Positions 37,455-46,887 of a stretch of 64,000 nucleotides of DNA are shown in pieces. Location of the stretch: positions 1 through 64,000 of the IMG/VR virus record IMGVR_UViG_2747842453_000003. One strand, 5' to 3'. The position numbers and the translations under genes were made by a program. Positions within the stretch are counted from its first letter, which is position 1, and each line of letters starts with the position of its first letter. The notes under the pieces were generated by a model, which was not told the DNA's origin, did no database searches, and was given only the letters and a program-made list of their open reading frames with translations. This DNA comes from a virus. Taxonomy: Duplodnaviria > Caudoviricetes.

Positions 37455-40298
37455 TCATTTTGATAATAATACAGTATTGCCTCCAATTGCAGTAGTATTA
37501 ATACTCACATGCTTCTCCCAAACATATGATTTTAAATAATCTGGTCCACCTGCTTTGGGCCCAGTACCTGACAATCCAATACCACCAAATGGCTGTGTTT
37601 CTACTATTGCTCCAATTTGATCACGATTGATGTAAATATTACCAACATTAACATTATTAGTAATTTCATCATAAAAAGATGCTATTCTGGAATGAATACT
37701 CATGGTTAAACCAAATTTGGTTTCATTAATATCTGATATAATGCCATCTAGTTCATCAACATCATATTCATATACATGTAACAGAGGTCCGAATATTTCC
37801 TTATCAAAATATTTTTTATAATCTGATACTAGATAAGCACTTGGTGGAATTGTTAAAGCAGGTAATTCAACACCATTTCTTGATCTTGTCGCTATCAGTA
37901 TTTCATTTTCTTCAAGTACTGCAATACGTTTTTGTATACTTGCAAAAGCGGCACCATCAATGACACGTGTAACATCAGTATTCAAATCATCACTGAACCC
38001 CATCTGTACAACTTTAATAGCATTTCCCAACATCTTTAAAATAGTATTAGCATTATCTTTTTGTACAAATAAAAATCTTGTTGCACTACAACGCTGTCCT
38101 GCACTATCAAATGCACCGTGTATTACATCTTTAACTAATTGTTCTGGTAAACACGTACTATCAGCAATCATACAATTAATGCCTCCAGTCTCTGCAATAA
38201 ACGGTATAATAGGTCCGTCACGGTCTGCTAACACACGTTGAATACGCTTTGCAGTTTTATGTGAACCAGTAAATGTTATACCGTTAATTCTTTCATCTGA
38301 TACTGCAAGTTCTGCATCCTTAGGATCAGTGGGACATAATCTAATAGCATAATCTGGTATACCGCATTCAAGCATACAACTAACTGCAGTCTCAGCAACC
38401 TTAATTGTTTGTGGCGCAGATTTTGCTAATACAGTATTACCTGTTAGCAATGCTGCTATAATTGGTCCTACAAAAATAGCAAGTGGAAAATTCCATGGTG
38501 CTATAACCATCCACACACCGTGTGCCTGATATGTAGTTGTATTAATTTCGCCTGTATAACTTAACGTATCGCCTTGATTATATAATTTTTCTGCTTGTTC
38601 AGCATAGTATCTAATAAAATCTATGGCTTCCCGAACTTCGCCAATAGCGTTAGGATATGTTTTATTTGCATGTGTAACTAAATTACTTGCTGCTTGTTCC
38701 ATATGTGTTTCCAAATGATCAGCATATTCAAGAACTACTTTCTTTCGTTCATTAAATGTAGTTTTACTCCATTCTTTGCGACCTTTCTCTAGCACTACAA
38801 TACTATCGGTTACTGATAATTGTTCAGGTACAATAAATTCATAACTTGGTCTTCCCACTAGATTTACAATAGATGCAGGATCAGTTAAATCATATCCACG
38901 ACTATTCTTTCGGTTGGGATATAAATCTTTGTATGTTGGTAATTTTTCTTTGTCTTTTTTTGCTTCTATAAATGGATCCACCAGTTGTTGATTAAAAACA
39001 AAACTAGTGTTTGCTCCATTTTCTAATAATCTACGGACAAGATATGCAAGTAAATCTTTGTATTCACCTACAGGCGCATATACTCTAATACTTGTGTTGT
39101 ATGTATTCTGTAGATGGTCAAATAATCCATCACCCATACCATATAACTTTTGAAACTCAAATTCACCTCCTAGGGTTTCGTGGTAAAAGTATATGGCTGC
39201 CACAGTGAATGGATTGTGCGTGGCATAGGCAGGCTTGATATACTCTGATAACATAATCTTTCTTGCACATGCTAGATAACTTATGTCGGTATATTCCTTT
39301 CGTGAGAATACAGGATAGTGTAAGCCTTCTTGTTGTGCTATCTTTATTTCTGTATCCCAATATGCCCCTTTAACTAAACGGACACATATTGATGTATTGG
39401 ATTCTTCTGCAATATGTTCTAATGTTTCTATTGCCCAGAACGCACGTTTTTGATATGCTTGAACTGCGAACCCAATCGTATTTTTTTTAAATTTATGTGT
39501 TAATAATAATTCTTCCAATACCATTATACTTAGATCTAAACGTGATGCTTCCTCAGCATCAATAAACATTGTGGTATTTTTCTCTTCGCATAGCCTGGCA
39601 ATTGCTGCCAATTTTGGTACTAAATGAAGTAATACATCAGCATGATTTTTCAACTCATATCTTGGGTGAATGGCACTTAGTTTAATACTAATGCTATCTT
39701 CAAACCACGCAGCCGCTTGTATATACTTTTCATAATAATCATTTGCATCTGGCCAATTTGTTGCTGCTTCGCCCAACATATCAACTGAATATGTGTATGA
39801 CTCATTTATTGCTTTTTTTGCCTCTTCAATAGTCTCGCCCATTACAAATATGTTGCCCATCCGTTTAACAGATTCTTTAACAATCTTACGAACAGTGGGC
39901 CATCCCAATCTACTAATTAAATTATTATATGCTGCAAAACTCTGGGCTTGAGTTAATACTTTACCACTTAAAGTTGCATAGAAACTATTTTGTGATAGAA
40001 GGTTCCAATCAGCATTTGTTAGTTTTTCTTTAATTAATTTATCTTGTGTTTTTTTATCCGGTGTTCTTAGTAAACATTCGCATAGTGTCATTAACGCAAT
40101 TCCTTCATTGCCTGATAATTCATATGCAGTCATAAGTTGATGTATCATACTAGATTCATTAAATGCAGAATTAATTACATTCGATGTTTCTAATATTTCG
40201 GTTCGGTCATCTTTATTTAATCTGGCTGCCAATATTAACTTAGGCATGATTTCGTTTTCATCAATGCGATAATACATATTATGTTGATATACTTTCAT
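37455..40298 (-). CDS. putA: Bifunctional proline dehydrogenase / P5C (glutamate semialdehyde) dehydrogenase PutA
   Basis: PRODH motifs DMLGE, SIKLS, IDAEE, VRLVKGAYWDTEIK, ATHN, YLVRRLLENGANTSF; ALDH motifs PWNFP, FTGS, AETGG, SAGQRCSA, EIFGP, QPFGG.GLSGTGPKAGGP. Confidence 0.93.
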   Translation of the reverse strand: MKVYQHNMYYRIDENEIMPKLILAARLNKDDRTEILETSNVINSAFNESSMIHQLMTAYELSGNEGIALMTLCECLLRTPDKKTQDKLIKEKLTNADWNLLSQNSFYATLSGKVLTQAQSFAAYNNLISRLGWPTVRKIVKESVKRMGNIFVMGETIEEAKKAINESYTYSVDMLGEAATNWPDANDYYEKYIQAAAWFEDSISIKLSAIHPRYELKNHADVLLHLVPKLAAIARLCEEKNTTMFIDAEEASRLDLSIMVLEELLLTHKFKKNTIGFAVQAYQKRAFWAIETLEHIAEESNTSICVRLVKGAYWDTEIKIAQQEGLHYPVFSRKEYTDISYLACARKIMLSEYIKPAYATHNPFTVAAIYFYHETLGGEFEFQKLYGMGDGLFDHLQNTYNTSIRVYAPVGEYKDLLAYLVRRLLENGANTSFVFNQQLVDPFIEAKKDKEKLPTYKDLYPNRKNSRGYDLTDPASIVNLVGRPSYEFIVPEQLSVTDSIVVLEKGRKEWSKTTFNERKKVVLEYADHLETHMEQAASNLVTHANKTYPNAIGEVREAIDFIRYYAEQAEKLYNQGDTLSYTGEINTTTYQAHGVWMVIAPWNFPLAIFVGPIIAALLTGNTVLAKSAPQTIKVAETAVSCMLECGIPDYAIRLCPTDPKDAELAVSDERINGITFTGSHKTAKRIQRVLADRDGPIIPFIAETGGINCMIADSTCLPEQLVKDVIHGAFDSAGQRCSATRFLFVQKDNANTILKMLGNAIKVVQMGFSDDLNTDVTRVIDGAAFASIQKRIAVLEENEILIATRSRNGVELPALTIPPSAYLVSDYKKYFDKEIFGPLLHVYEYDVDELDGIISDINETKFGLTMSIHSRIASFYDEITNNVNVGNIYINRDQIGAIVETQPFGGIGLSGTGPKAGGPDYLKSYVWEKHVSINTTAIGGNTVLLSK

Positions 40299-40834
40299 AG
40301 CCTTTTACTCGCCTTGCTTTTAAAAATATTTCTTTCAATATATCTGATATGGCGAAGTATATCTAAGTTTATATCAAATTTGGCCCTAATCTCTCCCAGT
40401 GTTTGGTTCTTATATGAGTCAAAGTTAATTTTATGTATATTTTTAGTACGACGAGTCTTGCCGTAAACAATCCCCATATCAAATGCTATTAATTCTCTTT
40501 CGCCAAAACGATATATCTTTGGAAATATATGTGATGCATAGTATTTATACATTGATATTTGCCAATTCTTTAGTGTGATTGCATTTCCCATAGTATAGCC
40601 TATTACAAATGCTTCGTCTTGATTTAGTAGTCCTCTTCCTAATAATACATGTATACAATCGTGGGACTCTAAACATATAGAACCAGGAAGACTCAATGGT
40701 GACCGAGGATTTTCTATTATCTTTACTTTCCAACTAATATTTACACTATCACTACCCGGCAATGTGTCTAACACAGAATTAAGTGTGTCATTGCCATTGT
40801 CAATGCCTGGATTCCAATCACCATAGTTTATCAT
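40295..40834 (-). CDS. Coq4-like HDxxH-x11-E metal-binding protein
   Basis: HDCIH-VLLGRGLLNQD-E spacing equals the Coq4 zinc motif; ATGA overlap with putA. Confidence 0.55.
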   Translation of the reverse strand: MINYGDWNPGIDNGNDTLNSVLDTLPGSDSVNISWKVKIIENPRSPLSLPGSICLESHDCIHVLLGRGLLNQDEAFVIGYTMGNAITLKNWQISMYKYYASHIFPKIYRFGERELIAFDMGIVYGKTRRTKNIHKINFDSYKNQTLGEIRAKFDINLDILRHIRYIERNIFKSKASKRL

Positions 40835-40852
40835 AATTATATTTATTCATTA

Positions 40853-40953
40853 AACAAAAGAACCCGACTACCTAAGTAGCCGGGCCAAGTTTGCGAAGAG
40901 GACTATAGGGCGAATTATTCACCCTAAAGTACAGAGAAATGAATCTCTGCACC
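40853..40953 (-). ncRNA. Candidate ~100-nt late small RNA
   Basis: TAAATA box at 40956-40961, two hairpins (40929-40952, 40906-40926), unpaired linker, terminator hairpin 40863-40884 plus U-rich tail; no ORF. Confidence 0.55.
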
Positions 40954-40987
40954 AGTATTTAAAGCAAACCGATAAAAAGATAACTAT

Positions 40988-41320
40988 CTATAAAACTTTT
41001 TCTTGTAATAATGAATATACACACTCAATTACTTGTGTTGAGAACCCACCAATGTGCCAGTCATATTCGTCCATTGGGGTTGAAGGCCGTTTCCAATCAT
41101 AAATTGTCGCAACAACAACTTCTTCTATAAAACTGCCAGGCGCATCTTGTAATTGAATTACAAATTCCAAGTTCCACTCAACATTGGTCTTGTCACCATG
41201 AGTATAAGTAGGCTCACCAAAAGCAGCAACAATGTCAGCATATGTGGTATTAACATATCCTTGCAGCCCAGTACCATTGACGTTAACACTTTCATCATTT
41301 GTAATATTAATAATTTTCAT
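40988..41320 (-). CDS. Hypothetical phage protein
   Basis: TGLQGYV...FGEP...ATIYDWK...WHIGG; AGGAG RBS. Confidence 0.7.
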   Translation of the reverse strand: MKIINITNDESVNVNGTGLQGYVNTTYADIVAAFGEPTYTHGDKTNVEWNLEFVIQLQDAPGSFIEEVVVATIYDWKRPSTPMDEYDWHIGGFSTQVIECVYSLLQEKVL

Positions 41321-41463
41321 TACACATCTCCTACTGTGAGATTTACTCGTTTTACACCATTACGCTTTCCAATATAAAAGAAGAACTTCTTTGCGCTTTC
41401 ATATGTTTTGAATTCTTTTGTCTTTTTAGGATAGTTGTAGTAGCCATATTCAACAGTAAACAT
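41320..41463 (-). CDS. Small hypothetical protein (47 aa)
   Basis: MFTVEYGYYNYPKK... with GAGGG RBS directly after an early promoter. Confidence 0.55.
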   Translation of the reverse strand: MFTVEYGYYNYPKKTKEFKTYESAKKFFFYIGKRNGVKRVNLTVGDV

Positions 41464-41490
41464 AATTATTCCCTCTCAACTTATACACTC

Positions 41491-41519
41491 TTTATATAGT
41501 GATTCGTTTAAGATGTCAA
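41491..41519 (-). promoter_or_regulatory. Early sigma70 promoter with GANTC motif in the spacer
   Basis: TTGACA-17-TATAAA; TGATTCG at 41500-41506. Confidence 0.8.
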
Positions 41520-41644
41520 GTATTAATTATGTAATTATCATTAAAACGGTAATCGTGGGCATCAATACGAAAATTATAGATGCCATAATAACATGAATAC
41601 AATGCCAAACTGTCTTTTCCATAGTATTATCATTCCTCTGGTTA

Positions 41645-42304
41645 TTAGAAATAATTCGCAGTATATTTCATTAACTGTTTAATTTGTTTTGATTCGATTG
41701 CAAAGTATTCCCGATAACGTTTATATACTGGGAGTTCTTCTAAGAACCTTTCTGGACCTCTCAGTGCGTCTAGTGGTACATCAGTATCTCGTATCTCTGC
41801 TGCTAAATCATGACCATACGCCATCAATTCATGCGGATCACGTAAGTAACTACGCATCAAATCACGTTCGGTGCCACCAGCCTTCTTTAACTCAACACCC
41901 TTCATATAACCTGATTTGTATGTAACCAACACCGTTGGATCAAATTTGTCATACTGTTTCCAATGAATAGTTTCATGAGCCAACATACGCATGATTACCT
42001 TTTTAAATGTTTTTGGTCCCCATACTTTTACTAAGTTAGTAGCGTGTAAAAATACTCTTACACTTTTACCTTCAATGGGATCCCAATCGGCTGCAGCACT
42101 AACCCATTCATCTGGGTCTTTACGAACTGAATGGTCAGTAATAAATTCAATAGGCAAATCATCGAAATTGTTAGCATTTAAAATCTCCTCAAGTTCATCA
42201 ATATCATCAACATCATTATGATCAGAAAGATATTCAGAATATTCTGAACATCCTTCATCAATCATTATTTCTACTTGGTCAAGGAAATCTAAATCAGGTT
42301 GCAT
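41645..42304 (-). CDS. Putative zincin-type metalloprotease
   Basis: LAHETIHWKQ (HExxH) and downstream PHELMAY. Confidence 0.6.
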   Translation of the reverse strand: MQPDLDFLDQVEIMIDEGCSEYSEYLSDHNDVDDIDELEEILNANNFDDLPIEFITDHSVRKDPDEWVSAAADWDPIEGKSVRVFLHATNLVKVWGPKTFKKVIMRMLAHETIHWKQYDKFDPTVLVTYKSGYMKGVELKKAGGTERDLMRSYLRDPHELMAYGHDLAAEIRDTDVPLDALRGPERFLEELPVYKRYREYFAIESKQIKQLMKYTANYF

Positions 42305-42313
42305 ATTTTATCC

Positions 42314-42652
42314 TTAGCGTAAGTAGTTAGGACCAGTCCACTGAACTGTATAATCATTTGAAAGAATATTGCCACGGGCAGAATTTCGTGCAGGAGCATT
42401 GAAGCCTGCTGCTTTTAGAATATCGCCGCGCTTGAATTTCTTATCGTTGTCAGTGTTGACAATAAAACCCCAAACACCATTATTAATAATTTTAATGTAT
42501 TTGCTACCAGTCTTAACAGTAAGACGATTGTTAAACTCATTAATCATATTCTGAACGTGTGTTTCAGCATCGGCAAAAGACTTACCACGAAGTAACCATT
42601 TGGCATAGTCTGCTTTGATTGTAGCGATAAGAGTGTCAATTTGATTTTGCAT
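42314..42652 (-). CDS. Hypothetical phage protein (early)
   Basis: GSKYIKI...GDILKAAGFNAPARNSARGNI; AAGGA RBS. Confidence 0.75.
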   Translation of the reverse strand: MQNQIDTLIATIKADYAKWLLRGKSFADAETHVQNMINEFNNRLTVKTGSKYIKIINNGVWGFIVNTDNDKKFKRGDILKAAGFNAPARNSARGNILSNDYTVQWTGPNYLR

Positions 42653-42683
42653 TGTGAGATCCTTTGTTTCAATCTATACTTAC

Positions 42684-42712
42684 TTTATATAGTGATTCGT
42701 TTAGAATGTCAA
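42684..42712 (-). promoter_or_regulatory. Early sigma70 promoter with GANTC motif in the spacer
   Basis: TTGACA-17-TATAAA; TGATTCG at 42693-42699. Confidence 0.8.
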
Positions 42713-42716
42713 GTGT

Positions 42717-42893
42717 TTAATCATAAAAATTGCCCAATACCCAAATAAATTTTGTTTCGCTTACTTGATTCCATATCCCATCTTGCCAATTAGACCATAA
42801 TAATGCACGATTGGCATCTTCCATTATATCAATTCCATTTTCTGCATCAGCAGTAAATGTTTTGCCCATGGCTTCAAACGTAAATTTTTTCAT
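42717..42893 (-). CDS. Small hypothetical protein
   Basis: Likely start MKKFTFE after an AAGG RBS. Confidence 0.55.
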   Translation of the reverse strand: MKKFTFEAMGKTFTADAENGIDIMEDANRALLWSNWQDGIWNQVSETKFIWVLGNFYD

Positions 42894-42903
42894 AATCGCA
42901 ACC

Positions 42904-43395
42904 TTAATCCCATAAGTTTTCATAGTATTTGCCGAACAATGCAAATGCATTTGTAAGGCGTTCTTGTGTTTCTTTCATGCAAGCCTTGCATACTGGATCA
43001 CCAAAGTTTGCACATTTGTCTGCACAAATGTCGCCAGCATCCATTTCTTTTGACTTGTGTTCAAATGCCCAAATCATTTCACCTAGGATCCAATCCCAAC
43101 GTTCAAAGTGTTTAGGATCGGTATCGCCGCCTTTGCCGTATGCGTCTAGTTGTTTTTTAGTAGCACGTAGTTCTTTTGGAACGTCTTTCATGTCAACCAT
43201 CGGAGCACCGTGTTTGGTCTCTTTCAACTGTACAAGCATAGGCAAAATGATAGGAGCAAGGGTATGATCCATACTCCACGTGTCCCATTTGTGAATCTTT
43301 ATACTTGTTTTTTGTTTAGGAGAATATCCAAACCAATTATATAACCAGTTGTGATAGAACCTATGATTAGGATAGTTTCCAATTTTTACTCGCAT
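42904..43395 (-). CDS. Hypothetical phage protein
   Basis: WDTWSMDHTLA...WDWILGEMIWAF...LFGKYYENLWD. Confidence 0.75.
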   Translation of the reverse strand: MRVKIGNYPNHRFYHNWLYNWFGYSPKQKTSIKIHKWDTWSMDHTLAPIILPMLVQLKETKHGAPMVDMKDVPKELRATKKQLDAYGKGGDTDPKHFERWDWILGEMIWAFEHKSKEMDAGDICADKCANFGDPVCKACMKETQERLTNAFALFGKYYENLWD

Positions 43396-43407
43396 AGTTT
43401 ATACTTT

Positions 43408-43608
43408 CTAATTTATTAGTTTTGGACCAGAAGAAGTAAATTCCATGCCATGGGCATTTCCAACATATACTTTGCCATTCCAAAACATTCTAATTTTATT
43501 AGATGCAATATAAGCATCAAATGATTTACCTGGACGCATTTGGTCTGCGTCTACTTCAACACTGATGTTATTCATTGTGTTGGTAAGAATTGCGATATTA
43601 TCATACAT
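43408..43608 (-). CDS. Hypothetical protein
   Basis: 66-aa ORF with AAGGA RBS. Confidence 0.6.
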   Translation of the reverse strand: MYDNIAILTNTMNNISVEVDADQMRPGKSFDAYIASNKIRMFWNGKVYVGNAHGMEFTSSGPKLIN

Positions 43609-43647
43609 TAATTATTCCTTATTAAAGTTACCTTGTATCCAATAAAA

Positions 43648-43983
43648 TTATAACAATTTTTGTAGATAATAATATTCATCAACTGCAAAATAACATTTTT
43701 TATTAGTTCTTCCTCGAATAGGATTTATTGTATTTCGAGTGTATGCCGTTATTTCATAATAATAGTCTAGCCAAACTATACGATTTGTTCTTATGAATAC
43801 TCTATAATCATCTGGTATCATTGAATGAATTACCGATGTGCTATCTTCGTACTCCCATAGAACATGTGGTATCTTTGCAAATCTTTTTATAATTTTCCAT
43901 TCATGCATAGGTTCATAGTACGATATGTCATATGGAGTTGTTGCTATTCTAGCCACAGCATTTTTTGGTATATTTAATATCAT
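43648..43983 (-). CDS. Hypothetical protein
   Basis: ATGA overlap with the Smr gene. Confidence 0.55.
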   Translation of the reverse strand: MILNIPKNAVARIATTPYDISYYEPMHEWKIIKRFAKIPHVLWEYEDSTSVIHSMIPDDYRVFIRTNRIVWLDYYYEITAYTRNTINPIRGRTNKKCYFAVDEYYYLQKLL

Positions 43984-44273
43984 CGTGGATGAAACTTTTT
44001 GTATAGTTGTAGTAAATTAACAGGCTCAGGTTTTTTATCTGTAGATTGTGATTTGCGTATATACACTCGCCATGCCCCGGTGTTAGGATCGAGTCGTTCA
44101 CATTTTATTGAATATGGATCTGCACTTACCCAGCCTATAAATTCTCTTGCCATAATACCATGTCCAGTTATTACTACTGTTTTTTTTACTTTGTTAAAAT
44201 AACACAGTTGTGTATGACTTCTATACTTTTGCCATGCATTGTGTACCGTTAGTCCATGTAAATCTAAAGCCAT
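43980..44273 (-). CDS. Stand-alone Smr (small MutS-related) domain protein
   Basis: LDLHG...VVITGHG...NTGA. Confidence 0.8.
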   Translation of the reverse strand: MALDLHGLTVHNAWQKYRSHTQLCYFNKVKKTVVITGHGIMAREFIGWVSADPYSIKCERLDPNTGAWRVYIRKSQSTDKKPEPVNLLQLYKKFHPR

Positions 44274-44282
44274 CGGTGTTCA

Positions 44283-44732
44283 TTAATCTGCGTGTTTATT
44301 AACATTCCAGTTAAACATACCAGACATAAGCATTGTTTTTGAATCATTAGTCACAGAGATTGTGTAGGGATATCTATGATTAACGAATATAATACGATTT
44401 TTAACTATAGGATATGTTCTGCCGTCAATGGTTATTTCAGGATCAGATATAGGAGATACGTTTATAATAAATCTAGAGTTAGTATCTAATATTTTTTGTG
44501 TATCATGATAATCATTATTAAAGGCTACTTCATGGTATTCTATTTTAATATCCGAAATTATTTCTTGTAATACTTTCTCAATATTATCTTTAATTGAATT
44601 AATATTGCCCGTACCATTATTAAGAATATATTTTTTAATATCTATTTCTGTCTTAGACGAAATACTTCCCATTACTTTATACATAGGCATACGAAATTCT
44701 AATGCCTCAATTTTGTCAACAATTCTACTCAT
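44283..44732 (-). CDS. Hypothetical protein
   Basis: 149-aa ORF in operon. Confidence 0.55.
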   Translation of the reverse strand: MSRIVDKIEALEFRMPMYKVMGSISSKTEIDIKKYILNNGTGNINSIKDNIEKVLQEIISDIKIEYHEVAFNNDYHDTQKILDTNSRFIINVSPISDPEITIDGRTYPIVKNRIIFVNHRYPYTISVTNDSKTMLMSGMFNWNVNKHAD

Positions 44733-45051
44733 TATTATTGCCTTTCATAACAAGGCCTTCATCCTTGCATTCTTTTAAAAAATCGTTATAATGTTTTGGA
44801 TATGCAAGTATTACATGTTGCATAATATCTTTATAATCACGTGTTTCACTGCGATTGGTTTCTATTTTACCAGCAGTAATATTAATTATTGTGGTTGCCT
44901 CTTGCCACCAACGCTTACGAATTCGTGTTACGAAAAATACTTCTTCAAACATTTCCCAATTGCCTTCATTCAGAAAATTTTTCATTGATGTGTTTTCGCC
45001 TGCAGCTGGTCTAAATTTATGAACCAGAACAATATATGCATTTTTTGCCAT
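44725..45051 (-). CDS. Hypothetical protein
   Basis: 108-aa ORF in operon. Confidence 0.6.
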   Translation of the reverse strand: MAKNAYIVLVHKFRPAAGENTSMKNFLNEGNWEMFEEVFFVTRIRKRWWQEATTIINITAGKIETNRSETRDYKDIMQHVILAYPKHYNDFLKECKDEGLVMKGNNNE

Positions 45052-45052
45052 A

Positions 45053-45472
45053 TTAAATTACTACCAACTTATTATTTTCTATAATTAATTTATTTCTATC
45101 TTTTATATTTATCGTACATATAATCCAATCTTTTGTTTGAATTAATTTAGTATAATATTTAATATCTTTGCACATATGCTGCAGCGACTCATATTTATAA
45201 CCAATTGAGTTAGGATCTCCAATTATAACATATTCGTGTTTTTTTAGGTCTATTTGTTTTTCAAAATACTTTAATGCATAATGTAAATCATTTGTATCAT
45301 TTACCACTGTTTTAACATTGTCTTCTACAATTTTTTCACGAAACGGATTTGGAGAATCTCGATCTTCTGCTATACAACTTGCAACAATTTCACGATGTAA
45401 TTGTAAAAGATATGAATCATAATAGGCATCATCAATAATTATTCTTGGTTCATATTCATTTGTATATTCCAT
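45053..45472 (-). CDS. Hypothetical protein
   Basis: 139-aa ORF in operon. Confidence 0.55.
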   Translation of the reverse strand: MEYTNEYEPRIIIDDAYYDSYLLQLHREIVASCIAEDRDSPNPFREKIVEDNVKTVVNDTNDLHYALKYFEKQIDLKKHEYVIIGDPNSIGYKYESLQHMCKDIKYYTKLIQTKDWIICTINIKDRNKLIIENNKLVVI

Positions 45473-45475
45473 TTT

Positions 45476-46405
45476 TTAATTATTACCAATATGCTGAAGT
45501 TCAAGTAGTGTTGCACTAAGATTAATTTCAGGATCTGCCACTAATGCATGATTTACTAGTCCATCACGGATACAAATGAGCGCGCGTCCTTGCGTAATAT
45601 CATCTTCGCCGAACCATGTTAGATTTTCATATAACTTTCTATATACACCTTCATACTCTTGTGCTTGTGCTTTAGAAACAATTAGTTTACGTGCCTCTGC
45701 AATCTTACCAATCTGAAATAAGGCAACATATTCTAGTACCCAATCGCTTTCGCCACTCTCACCTTGTCCTGGCTGCTGTAGTTTATTATCAACGATTGAT
45801 TGCTGTACCATATTAATACATTTACGTAAATCTGGATAGGCTGATTTAACATAAACATCAAGTGTATCAATATCTAAATCAATGCCTTCGCTAATAAGAA
45901 TAGTTGCAACTCTTGCTGCAAATTCTTGTTCGTCTAATTTCTCAATATGATATCCCTGGCATCGTGAATGAATTGCAGGAATTACTTTGTTGGGATAATT
46001 ACATGTAAGAATAAATCTACAAGTCATAGAAAATGCTTCCATCATATTACGCAAGATTGCTTGTGCACTTGGTGATAGATAGTCGGCTTCATCTAATAGT
46101 ACATACTTGAAGTCACCACCAAATGGTAGACTACTTGCAAAGCCATTAATCTTGTTTCTCATTGTATCTACATTATTTTCATTTGATGCATTAATAATCA
46201 TGATATCGCCGCCATCAACGTCCAATTCATTTAATAGAACTTTTGCGAGTGTGGTTTTTCCTGTGCCGGCAGCACCACTGAATAATAAATGTGGAATTGC
46301 TCCACTATCTACCCATGATTTAACTTGACGTTTTTGTTTCTCGTCCCGAAATACGTAATCTTTTGTCGTGTTCGGCCGATACTTTTCTACCCATAATTCT
46401 TTCAA
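45476..46405 (-). CDS. Sliding-clamp loader AAA+ subunit (T4 gp44 / RFC small subunit-like)
   Basis: LWVEKYRP, HLLFSGAAGTGKTT, LLDEAD, AIHSRC; TTG start at 46405 follows GGAG. Confidence 0.9.
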   Translation of the reverse strand: MKELWVEKYRPNTTKDYVFRDEKQKRQVKSWVDSGAIPHLLFSGAAGTGKTTLAKVLLNELDVDGGDIMIINASNENNVDTMRNKINGFASSLPFGGDFKYVLLDEADYLSPSAQAILRNMMEAFSMTCRFILTCNYPNKVIPAIHSRCQGYHIEKLDEQEFAARVATILISEGIDLDIDTLDVYVKSAYPDLRKCINMVQQSIVDNKLQQPGQGESGESDWVLEYVALFQIGKIAEARKLIVSKAQAQEYEGVYRKLYENLTWFGEDDITQGRALICIRDGLVNHALVADPEINLSATLLELQHIGNN

Positions 46406-46521
46406 GTTCTTCTCCGTATTGCTCTTCAAATTTTTGTTCTAATTGATTCATGTATTGACTATTATCGTCTAACATTTCACTTAGTTTAACACATTTTATT
46501 TTCATTGTCAAGTTTCTTTCT

Positions 46522-46878
46522 TTATAACGCACTTTGAACTAAGTTCATCATTACCGCAGTACCACTAATACTACTACCAATCATAATTGCACGGTCACTC
46601 CACGCCATACCCACATACACCCATCCTATTGAACTAATTACATATGAAACTTGTCCTAAAAATGCCATATTTGCACTAATAAGAAATACACCGGTAACTG
46701 CTAAAATCATACTAAGCCATTTAACATACCAATCGATAGTACCAGTTGGTGTCGTTGGTGTGAGGTCCTCGACTTCTGTTTGTAGTTCTGATAGTTCTTG
46801 CTTTAATCTCTTGCGTTCTTGTGCATATTCAATCGCAAGTTTTTTAGCGTTACTTTCTTTTAATTCTGTATCTACCAT
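46522..46878 (-). CDS. Hypothetical membrane protein
   Basis: N-terminal coiled coil plus three hydrophobic segments. Confidence 0.65.
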   Translation of the reverse strand: MVDTELKESNAKKLAIEYAQERKRLKQELSELQTEVEDLTPTTPTGTIDWYVKWLSMILAVTGVFLISANMAFLGQVSYVISSIGWVYVGMAWSDRAIMIGSSISGTAVMMNLVQSAL

Positions 46879-46887
46879 TTTAATCTC

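Noticed and set aside
37455-40298. Host chromosomal DNA or prophage boundary at putA, metK or clpA
   Set aside because: These genes share strand, AT-rich composition, overlaps and promoter motifs with flanking phage genes; no integrase or att site seen.
46320-46532. Possible frameshift fusion of this ORF with the clamp loader
   Set aside because: The clamp loader has its own GGAG RBS and a TTG start giving the typical MKELWVEKYRP N-terminus; no slippery site is evident. A short upstream ORF may still be real.
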